A model generated the notes under the pieces. The model made no database searches. It was not told the DNA's origin and saw only the letters and a list, made by a program, of their open reading frames with translations. DNA of 64,000 nt from Phyllobates terribilis (lineage: Eukaryota): the NCBI RefSeq assembly GCF_046119375.1, contig NW_027362761.1:354516001-354580000 (forward strand). Reading direction: 5' to 3'. Of this stretch, positions 54,050 to 64,000 are shown piece by piece. The number at the start of each line of letters is the position of its first letter. Within the stretch, counting starts at the first letter, position 1. Both the position numbers and the translations under genes were made by a program.

Positions 54050-55020
54050 ATTTAACCCAGACAATCACTGCGGCTATCATTATGTGTTTGAGAACTTTAG
54101 GGATTATACTGTGGAATTCATCATTCTGCGTTTCCAGATGTGGGTGACCATAATGTTTTGGGGCAATCGTAATGTGTTGAGGGATTGTGAGGGATCATAC
54201 TGTGGAGGTAAACATTCTGCTTTAGGGGGCTGCAGGGGATCATACAATGTGGGGAGTGGGGACCATCATAATGTGTTTGGGGGCTATTAGGGATCATACT
54301 GTGGGGGGGGGGTCATCATTCTGTGTTAAAGGGCTGTGGGGGGTCATATTGTGTTTGGGGAGCGTAGAGGCCATCATAGTGAGTTAGGGACTTCTGGGGG
54401 CCACGATACTGAGTTGGGTGTTGTCGGGGTCATCAATATGTGTTTGGGGGCTGTAGGGGATCATACTGTATTGAGGGTGCTGTGGGCGCCATCATATTAT
54501 ATCGGGTTGCTGTGGGAGATCATACTGTGATGCTCATCATTCTGTGTTTGAGGGCTGTGGTGGATCTTAGGGACCATCATACTTTTTATAGGGAGCTGTG
54601 GGGGCCATCATATTGTCTGTCTGTGGGCTGTAGTGGACATCATAATGTGTTGAGGGCTATGGCTTATCATACCTTGAGCACCATTCTGTATATAGGGTTC
54701 TACTGTATGGGTGTCATCAATCTGTGTGTGGGATCATAATTTTTGAGAAGCTGTGGGAGCCATAATACTGTGTTGGGGGGCTGTCGGGGTTCATACTCTG
54801 GTGGGGGGATCATACTGTGTGAGCAATCATACTTTGTGGGTGCCATCATACTGTGTCTGGTATCATACTTATTGTGGGAGATCATACTGTGTGCAGGACT
54901 TTAGGGGCATCACACTGTGTATGGGGAGCTGTAGAGTCCAGTATGCTGTGTGGGGAGCTGTGGGACCATCATACTGTGTGTGGGGGCTGTGGGGACATCA
55001 TACTCCTTTTGGGGAAGCTG
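54050..55020. repeat. Degenerate G-rich tandem repeat (ggggctgtgggg...catcatactgtgt type)
   Basis: The catcata(c/t)tgtg core recurs every 25-35 nt. Confidence 0.75.
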
Positions 55021-55129
55021 TTGATCGTTGTACAATGGCTGAGTATCAGGAGCAGTAAGATTTAGTGCTTTTTATAAACTTTATAAAAATTTGTAAATTA
55101 TAAGATTTTAATCAGCACAATAATAAGCA

Positions 55130-55975
55130 ATGCTAAAACTGACCTGCTATTATGATTCTCCAGGTCATTACAAGTTTGCAGATACTAAACATGTATAGAT
55201 TCTTTTTTATTTAAATGGTGAAAAAAAAAAAATTGTAAAAAAAAACCAAAAATGGCGCCATTTTTCGAGACCCGCACCGTCTCCATTTTTCAGGATCTGA
55301 GGCTCGGTGAGTCCTTATATTTTGTGCGCCGAACTGATGTTTTTATTGATACCATTCTGGGATAGATACGATATTTTGATCGCCTGTTATTGCATTTTAT
55401 TGCAATGTTGCAGCGACCAAATAAATGTAATTCTGACGTTTTGATTTTTTCCCTGATACGCCGTTTACTGATCGGATTAATTTACTTCATATTTTGATAG
55501 ATTGGACATTTCTGAACGCAGTGATACCAAACGTGTATTTTTTTCAATTATTATTGTTTTATTTTGAATGAGGTAAAAGAGGGGTGATTTTAACTTTTAT
55601 ATGTTTTTTTTTCATATTTTTTTATATATTTTTTTTTTACTTGCTTCAGTAGTCCCCTTAGGAGACTTGAAGCTGCGATCTTCTGATTGCTTGTGCTGCG
55701 CATAGAAGGGCTTCACTCCTGCTATGTGTAGCAGAAATCATCATCTCCTATGAATGCCAGCCACGGGCCAGCGTTCATAGGAGGTCTGCAATGACAAGCA
55801 CGTGGTCTTCTGCAGACCCCCGGCTGTTATGTCAACCCATCGGTGCCGCATATTGATGTGACAGGGGCGCCATTGGGCAGGTCTTATGACGTGCTTCCGG
55901 CGTGCGTGAGATAAATGCTGCTGTCAGTGATTGACGGCGCCATTTAACAAGTTACCAGCCACGGTTGGATCATGA
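55130..55975. mobile_element. Partial piggyBac-like non-autonomous element
   Basis: Reverse complement of much of 31080-31860; ends not resolved. Confidence 0.6.
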
Positions 55976-57718
55976 TTCCTCCAGGGTTGCCAACCTCCTA
56001 AAAAAAAAAAAAATTCTGGACACCTGGACTCAAATTCACGGACAGTCTGGATTGTTGGTTACTGCAGGGCATAACAGCCGTGGAGAAGCAAAAGCAGGAC
56101 ATGTTCTTTGTAACCACAAAAATCACGGACAAAGGACGCCCCTATATTCCCTAGTATATAGGGATGTTGTTTTTTCAGCTGGAGAACCCCCATAACTCAG
56201 ACCACAAATTCTCTCCCATTGGCAGCAGACTTGTCTCTAATCACCCGTCTCACAATCAGCAGAATTACCCTTTAAGGCTACAATATGTTTCCACAGTGAT
56301 TATTTGGTGAGTTTTTGACGCTGCTGATTTTCTGCAGCATTTCATGCTTTAATAAGCTACATTAGGTTACTTGTGTTTTTTTCTTGAATTTTTTAGTGTT
56401 TATTTTATGTGTTTGTATCGCATTTATTTTTTTAATTTCATTTTTGCTTTTGTTTCTTTTTGTTTATCGTGTTTTAAATAAAACTACTTTGTTTTGTAAA
56501 CCTCCTGACCGCTGAGCTTTTAAAAAGCTTTATTGATGTCACGTGGATTACATACATTTTTGCTACAGAAACGCAATAGAAATATATATGCATTTTTATA
56601 TGCTGTTAATGTCTATGGGGAAAACCCACAAATAAAGCACATATTAACCCCAAGAAAAAGAGACGCTGCAGATTTCAAAAAGTCAATGCATTTCAAATTC
56701 CTTAGTGTTAAAAAAAGGCTCAGGGTTGTGAGATTTACATACACGTCAGAAGCAAAAACATGCAATAATTAAGACTAATAGACAGTCGTCTGAAACGCGT
56801 TTAGCTAATTTTTTTTATGCTTTTAGAGATGAAGTTGCGACTTCTTTTTTTCTTTTTGCACAATAAAGTATGGCTTTTAGGCCATCATCAGTATTTGATC
56901 AGCATTTTTTCTTAGTAGTGGGAGCCAAAACCAGGAGTGGGTGATAAATGCAGAATTGGTGACTTGTTCCTATTATACCTTTTCTCTGATTGTTCCTCAC
57001 CTGGTTTTGGCTCCCACTCCTGAGAAAAAATACTGACCGAATACTGACCAAATACTGATAGTGGGGCTGTGGCCTTAATAGAAGATTCTGATACTGGATC
57101 ACTGTTTTTGCTTCTGCCTACCTCTCGCCACATTACAAGTCTCCGTGCATGGATCTTCTGAGCTGACTTTTTTTGCCTTTTTGATTATATTCATGTCATC
57201 CACTTTGCTGGAACTCTAATGCGATGTATTACGTGTTTTTTTTGCATGAAAATATGCAGCAGAACTTAGTCTAAATGAGTGCGTCTCATACTCAGATGCA
57301 GTAGCTGGTTGTAAGTGAGGTGAGGTGAGGATAGGGAGGCGGTTATCATAGATCATAAGTTGCACAGTCTTTCTTGGGGAGCGTGAGGAAAGTACAGTTT
57401 GTTTGTTTTTTTAAAACAGCACCTGGGGGACCGGGGTTTTGAAACTGGAAAACTCCTTTAACGCTTGCAACCGCTGCTGCTTCACTGCGACTGACACTGT
57501 CACATCAGTCAGTAAGGATTTAGGGCCCTTTTACATGGGAATACTTTGTATCAGTGTTTGTTAACAGACACCAGGAGTGCATCCAAAACACAAAAGAGGT
57601 GAAAGTGTTTCAGTTATTATTTTTCTCTGTATTTGTTCCCCTTTGGTTTTTAGCTTACAAATACTGATGTAAATTACTGCCCAAAATACTCACTGTGTGA
57701 ATGAGGCGAGGAAGCTGC

Positions 57719-58301
57719 TTTCACGGGTGTGTCAGGTGTAATATACAGTCGCTGTGTATCTAGCTGTAGAAGGTCACTGCGCTTGGCATAGCAGACAACT
57801 TCTTAATCCTTCTTCCTTTAAGACCCAGCGGCAACCTCCCTCCTGCCGCTAATTGACACACCCTTGCATGGGAGTTAAAAACCCTCAGTTTGCTCTAGGC
57901 AATCGCCGGTGATACTTCTATGTTCTTTTGTGCATGTTTGGCGCACCAGCTGATGGCTGGCTTCTTCTCTGGTACCCTTGGAGGACAGTTGGCCTTACTC
58001 CTCTGGTGTCTGCTCAAGCTAAGTTAATCCCCTTTGTTTTTCTTCCTTGTTGTCTTTAGTTTGTAGTAGGGCCTAACCAGTGCTTACCCCTCCCCCTCCC
58101 TATCTAAGGCCAGGCTCTAGGGATATACATGGTTTAGGGTCCTGCTCGGCGATTGGTGTTGAACCAGTATAGGGACAATAGAGTAGGCAGGGTGATATCA
58201 GATCTGCCTAGGGGTCCCCATTCCCCCTTTCCCTAGTGTTTGGGCTTCCTCCCCCTTTTCCCTTCGTGTTGCACTTAGTCTTTCCAACACCTTGTGGGAC
58301 A
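57719..58301. mobile_element. Probable solo LTR
   Basis: Begins tttcacggg (tgtcacggg-like) and ends gggaca. The flanking 5-mers gctgc / gctac look like a TSD with one mismatch. About 580 bp with no ORF. Confidence 0.55.
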
Positions 58302-58559
58302 GCTACTTGTAATACTGTAATATACGTTCTTATTCCGAGGATGAGTGCTCACTTGCAGGTGATGTGCTGTAATGCTTGTCTTCTCTGCTCCATCATACTC
58401 CCCAGAGCAGCAGCAACCCCTGGGGAAAAACTGCGTCAGACAGAAGTCCAGACGTATGTCTCAGTGATATGTGATGGACCCCGACTCCCAAATAAAATTA
58501 ATCAGACAGAAGCATACAAAATAAATACAAGAAGCATTGCAATTAGATGTCAAATGTTC

Positions 58560-59690
58560 TCAACTTTATTTAAATTTACATGACACCTAAAATAGCAAAA
58601 CTTCCTACTCACGAAGAGTCACCCTCCAGCACTCAGGAGAGGAAAACCCCCTGTAGAGGAAACCTCTAGGGAACCATGGCTGAAGGATTGCCCTTCCCTC
58701 GGGCTTAGAGAGTTAGTGCCGATATATAACAGATCTAACTGCAGAATTTTACAATTTAAATATTTTACCAGATTTACAGAGAACGACATAACAAATATAG
58801 ACTATGAATGTGATAAACTGGATGTGGAAGAGATCTGGCTGCGATATCTGTCACCACATTGACTGCTAGAACTAATTTGGTTGATCTGATTGCCCAGGTG
58901 GATGAACCATTTCTCCCTTACAGATCCAGAACTGCCTCTAAAAAATAAGTTGGGCACTCGGTAACAGTTCGTTATGGATAATACCTTATAGGTTAAATAT
59001 CCCCCTCCCCCTTCCTCCTTGCCCCTCACAATTTATCACCCATTAAAGTCATAGATCCATCAATGAACTCCCAAAGGAGAGCTGCTCTATGTAGAGGGTA
59101 ACAGAAGGGGATCCTGTTTTGGGGACCCCCTCCCCTCTGTTACCTTCCCATGCCCTGGGGGTGTCTAAAGTAGGCAACCCCTTTCCCTACTAGAACCTCC
59201 AAATTACACCAAGGTCGGCACATTACGTGGGGTGGTCAAGCTCAAGGTCCTCAGGCGCATCAGTAATGGCACTGATTGTGGCAGAGCGCTCTTCTTTTAT
59301 GGGATCTTCTTTATGACACTTGTTTATGGCCTCACAACAGTTGTCATGGTTACTACAGGGGCTATTCCTAATGCAGGACCCAAGTATTAACCCTTTCATC
59401 ATTAGTAATTCACTTTCATTATAGAGGCAAATAACTCCACGTGTTACCAAGCAGGCTTATCATTGTGGCTTCCCTCAGGCACCATAAGAAATACAGATTA
59501 CAGATTAAACATGCAAGTTTTTCCAGAAGTGTTTTGCACTTTTTAGATCCAGAAATTGGGTTTATAACTAGCACTTTACAAAGAAAAAAATTAAGAGGAA
59601 AGTACTTGTAAAATAATATTATAGGGAATGGCATTTCAAGCATTTTCCTAATGTACATTCTACATAGTTACATAATTATATAGGTTGAAA
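58560..59690 (-). mobile_element. Degraded L2-like LINE 3' region
   Basis: aggaaacctctagggaacc-type 3' motif. Highly decayed; boundaries approximate. Confidence 0.35.
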
Positions 59691-60810
59691 AAAGACATAG
59701 TTTGAACTTTATGGGCTTATCTTCAAAGTTATACATTTTCTATTGCTAGGTTATTTATAACTCACAATGTCATGTTTTGTTAAAAAAAAGTATCCAGCCC
59801 TATTTTAAATGCTGTAAGAGTGTCTGCCATTACTATCTCTTGTGGTAGGCATCCCACAGTCTGACTGCTCTAACTGTAAAGAACCCTTTCCTATTTAACT
59901 GCCAGAATAGACTTTCCTCCACGTTTAATAAATGTTCCATTACCCTTTGTAAGGTCCTGGAAAATGATAAGTCATGTGCCCGTACTATGCATTGACCACA
60001 TATGTATTTATACATATAAATGAGATCTTGTAATAATAATAATAATAATAATGTAATAATCTAGTTTCTGCCTTTGAACTGACTCTAAATTCCAAATATC
60101 TCTTTTAAAATGTGGAGGCCAAATTGTATCCCATATCCAAGATGTGAATATTAAGCAGCAGGATTGGAAGTGTTTCTGCGCTTTCCAGAATATGACACAA
60201 TTAGTGGTATGATAACATTTTAGGTTTATTGTATGGCATCCTGGAGAAGGAGTCGGTGTACTCTGAAACTCGTTCACAATAAACCTACAATTTTATCATA
60301 CCACTAATTGTGTCTTATTCCGGAGAGTGCAGAAACACTTCCAATCCTGCTACTTAAATCTACTGTTTCATGGAAGCTGCTGCATCTGGTTTTCAGGCTC
60401 TATAAGTGTTGTGTCTCATACAACTTCATAAGGTAAGCGGTTCTACCTTTAATAATCAACCTCTTAACGTGGATAAAACCCTATTGCGCTCTTGCATTTC
60501 TTTACACATCCAAGATGTGGCCTTACGAGGGATTTATAGAGGGGTTAATACAATTGGATCACAGGATTTTACTTCTCTTTTTTTAGACCCTAAAATCTTA
60601 TTTGCTTTTGCTGCTGCTGCTTGACATTGAGTACTGCTGCTCAGTTTACTTGTAACCAGAATACCCAAGTCCTTCTCCTGTTCTGTAATCTCTATTATAT
60701 TTGCATTTAATCTATATGCAGCAGTACGATTACTTCGGTCACTGTGCATTACTCTCTCTCTCTCTCTCTCTCTATATATATTTATTAACATTAAACGTCA
60801 TCTGCCATGT
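59690..60810 (-). mobile_element. Degraded CR1 remnant with nested insertions
   Basis: Frames encode QCQAAAAKANKILG, WPPHFKRDIWNLESVQR and FTVRAVRLW. Confidence 0.75.
60155..60353. repeat. 199-nt hairpin element flanked by TTAA, with a hammerhead-like loop
   Basis: 78-nt arms with 7 mismatches. Confidence 0.85.
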
Positions 60811-61786
60811 GTTTGCCCTTGCAGGAATGTTTTCCACATCCTTTTGTAATAAAAAAGTTTTTAAGAACTGCATGGTCCAGCTAACAAAACTGGTTTCAAC
60901 TGGATCCATTTTTTTAACAATGAAGTCTATGGAAAACTGATCAGTTAAACAGTCCGGCCCCTGTGCACTGAAATCTCATTAGCAGAAAACTTCACATGGT
61001 GATTAAAGCACAACAGCAAAGCAGATTTCTTCACTAAAGAGATTAATGTAATCAGTATTACAGCGCCATTACAGCCATGACTTTACTTGCTGACAGGTTC
61101 TCTCTGAGGTGCATTCACCCTGGCTGACCACAGCCAGTAAAGGGGTTTTTCACCCCAAAGGAAACTGTCAGCAAGCAGTACAGCTTCCGGAATAGCTGAC
61201 AGTGTGCAGTATATATAATGTTAGGATTTGGCTCCGCTTGTTGGTCGGTTGTCATGTCACTGCAGGAATGGGATTTTTTGTGAATTGTGCTCATGTTCTG
61301 AGTAGATTGTCATCTGCTTTACTCAGAAGAACATTGAGAGAAGATGATGAGAATCTGTTCAGCCCAAAACTGCAACTGTGGACATCACATACAGTTACAT
61401 GACAAAGCGGTGGAAAGACATTTTATCGGCTGCAGATAATTGCTGAAGTCAGTATCTAGTAAAGATAACAGCCCATAGTCTGCAATGTTTACTGGTAACG
61501 AAATGGCGGGTATGTGCACACAATAAGTATTTGCTGCAGACATTTCTGTACCAAAAACGTGTATTTTGGCAGGAAAAACGCTTGACAGGAAAATTGCCTT
61601 GATATTGCTGCTTTTTTTAATGAGATTTTTTTTGCCGTTCTAGAATAGGTGAAAAACGCTGCAAAAATGCTGAAAGAATAGACGCTGCAGACATGAAACT
61701 GCTTCAAATCTGCAAGGAAAAAATAAGCTGCTTTTCCATGTTATTTCAGAAATCTCATTCACTTTTCTGGTACTATCAAACATAGA

Positions 61787-62048
61787 GGGCAGCATAATGG
61801 CTCAGTGGTTAGCACTGCAGCGCTGGGGTCCTGGGTTCAAATCCCACCAAGGACAACATCTGCAAGGAGTTTGTAAGTTCTCCCCGTGTTTGTGTGGGTT
61901 TCCTCTGGGTTTCTCCCAGGTCTCCTCCCACACTCCAAAGACATACTGAGACATATTGGGAATTTAGATTGTCTGCCCCAGTGGGGACAGGGATTATAAT
62001 GTCTGTAAAGCGCTGTGGAATTAATGGCGCTATATAAGTGAGTAAATA
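61787..62048 (+). mobile_element. tRNA-derived V-SINE-type element with an L2-like tail
   Basis: A box TGGCTCAGTGG (61798-61808) and B box GGTTCAAATCC (61834-61844). Central gggtttcct...ctcccacactccaaagacat domain and 3' ctgtaaagcgctg...ggcgctatataa tail. Confidence 0.85.
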
Positions 62049-62419
62049 GAGTTTTTGGGACCATGAAGCTCTATATTACAAATATGTAATATAAATAAAT
62101 TAACATTTTCCTGGAGGGAAACTTATATTCTACATTATGTCAATTCAGTTTTGTCTGTCGATGATAAAGTGCAGTTTACAGCAAGTTTTATTTAAAAAAT
62201 GGGACATATACCCAAATTAGCCATAACCCACAAATGCACGATAATATTTCACATTCACCAAGCATCGGGTGGCCTGTGGGCTCCCAAATGCCAGGGCTGA
62301 GTTTCAGTTCCAGTCTGGCCCTGTGTAACACAAGACACTGCAGTCTTACACTAATTGTTTATTTTGGAGTATTAAGGAGCATTTGTTCTATTGTATTTGA
62401 CTTAATGACTCTTTTTCCT

Positions 62420-62783
62420 TTGTTTAATGTTGTATACTATCTTCTGAAAATCAATGACCTAAGGAGGACTGTACACAGGAGATGCCATGTGCAGATGTGC
62501 CATGCTGATATACTCCTAGCCAAAAAGACTGAATGTTGTTATAAGATTCAAATGGAACTTACAAAGGGTGTGAACATTTATGCAACCATATTATTTTACC
62601 TTTTTCTTTTTCCACTAGAAGAGATTTCAGTTTATGCTTCATTTGAATCATACAGATTATTAGTAACATTAAAGGTGGAAAAAATTGTAAAAGTTGTAAA
62701 ACTATTTCACTTGGTTTGATTTTTTTGTTCATGACCAAACCCAGACATTTTAACATGGTTGTGTACACTTTTTATATCCACTG
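62420..62783 (+). mobile_element. Tc1 right-end fragment
   Basis: Ends gtgtacactttttatatccactg|TA, preceded by a decayed PKRL..VI-type C-terminus. Confidence 0.6.
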
Positions 62784-63383
62784 TACCAGGCATTGAGCAC
62801 AGATAGACGGAAATAAGACGGTAGAAGCTGGATAAAGAGCTTCCTCTGTTTTGTCCTTGGGGTTACCAGCTGCCTCTGACAGGTGGAGGTCCAGCCTGTT
62901 CCTGCTAGATTGCAGGAGTGTCAAAGCAAATACCTCAAAAGACATCGCTGCAAACTCAGGACCCTCAATGCCCCCATTAAAAGACGGGACAAAAGGGTTA
63001 CATGTCCACAAGTATATCATAAATGTAGGATAGATGTGGGAGTTGCATCCATCTTGAGAACTGAGGTCTGCTCATGGCCTCCATTTATTTTTGCAGAAGT
63101 TGAAGTTGGCACTGGCACTATTTTGGGGTACATATGAGTCTTTGATTGTAGTTTTTTTTTTAGCGTAACGGTCGTTTCACGAGAACTTGCAGCAGAATGT
63201 CTATATCTGCCTTGTGAACAGTGGAGTAACTAGAGTCCGATGGGTCCCCCTGCATGTTAGTCAGATGTATAGGCCCTTGTAGCGTTCTAAATACTATAAG
63301 GACATAAATGTTACCCCCCCCCCCTCATTATGTACTAATATCCAGGGCCCCTTCTGGGATGTATGTCCCCATCCTGATATATA

Positions 63384-63869
63384 CAGGTGCATCTCACTAA
63401 ATTAGAATATCATCAAAAAATTAATTTATTTCAGTTCTTCAATACAAAAAGTGAAACTCATATATTATATAGAGTCATTACAAACAGAGTGATCTATTTC
63501 GAGTGTTTATTTCTGTTAATGTTGATGATTATGGCTTACAACCAATGAAAACACAATAGTCATTATCTCAGTAAATTAGAATATTTTATAACAACAGTTT
63601 GAAAAATGTTTTTAAATCTGAAATGTTGGCCTACTGAAATGTATGTTCAGTAAATGCACTCAATACTTGGTCGTGGCTCCTTTTGCATCAATTACTGCAT
63701 CAATGCGGCGTGGCATGGAGGCGATCAGCCTGTGGCACTGCTGAAGTGTTATGAAATAGATCGCTCTGTTTGTAATGACTCTATATAATATACGAGTTTC
63801 ACTTTTTGTATTGAAGAACTGAAATAAATGAACTTTTTGATGTTATTCTAATTTAGTGAGATGCACCTG
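63384..63869. mobile_element. Non-autonomous Tc1 deletion derivative, same family as 21340-22421
   Basis: TA|caggtgcatctcactaaattagaata ... tattctaatttagtgagatgcacctg|TA. Confidence 0.92.
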
Positions 63870-64000
63870 TATATTATATTATGAAACATCTTGACATTTT
63901 CACACTGGTCCCTGAATATCAGCTTGGTTGTTTTTGTTTTTTTTTAACTACAGTGTCCCTACCCCTTCCCAACATGGCCAATTTCCGATTTTGCCTTTTC

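Noticed and set aside
61787-61860. tRNA gene
   Set aside because: A and B boxes are present, but there is no complete cloverleaf and the sequence continues into a SINE body and tail.
62790-63200. Possible exon or gag-like remnant
   Set aside because: Short open frames on both strands but no motif I can identify; left unassigned.
52310-64000. TMED2 or another host gene upstream of DDX55
   Set aside because: No exon matching the TMED2 C-terminus or any other protein I recognise. The region is repeat-dominated.

Overview
Vertebrate genomic DNA, most likely a frog (inferred from the transposon repertoire and protein divergence). It carries the conserved GTF2H3(-) / EIF2B1(+) / DDX55(-) gene neighbourhood. 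I reconstructed the complete 9-exon EIF2B1 CDS (3058-22962, 912 nt, 303 aa) and the complete 14-exon DDX55 CDS (48501-26077, 1776 nt, 591 aa). All introns are GT-AG and reading-frame phases are continuous. A probable first coding exon of GTF2H3 lies head-to-head with EIF2B1 across a 193-nt CpG-rich promoter. The rest is mostly transposons: Tc1-family DNA elements (a DD38E family, a DD34E copy with an intact ORF, and a DD34E IR/DR copy one stop codon from intact), TTAA-flanked piggyBac-like elements, T2/Kolobok-, Harbinger- and hAT-type MITEs, CR1, L1 and L2 remnants, a V-SINE, a solo LTR and minisatellites. The most unusual signals are several foldback elements. Some contain decayed hammerhead-ribozyme-like cores, and one has a direct-plus-inverted layout like a Penelope pseudo-LTR. 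No prokaryote-type system is present, and most entries in the ORF track are spurious. All family assignments come from motif recognition, not database searches.
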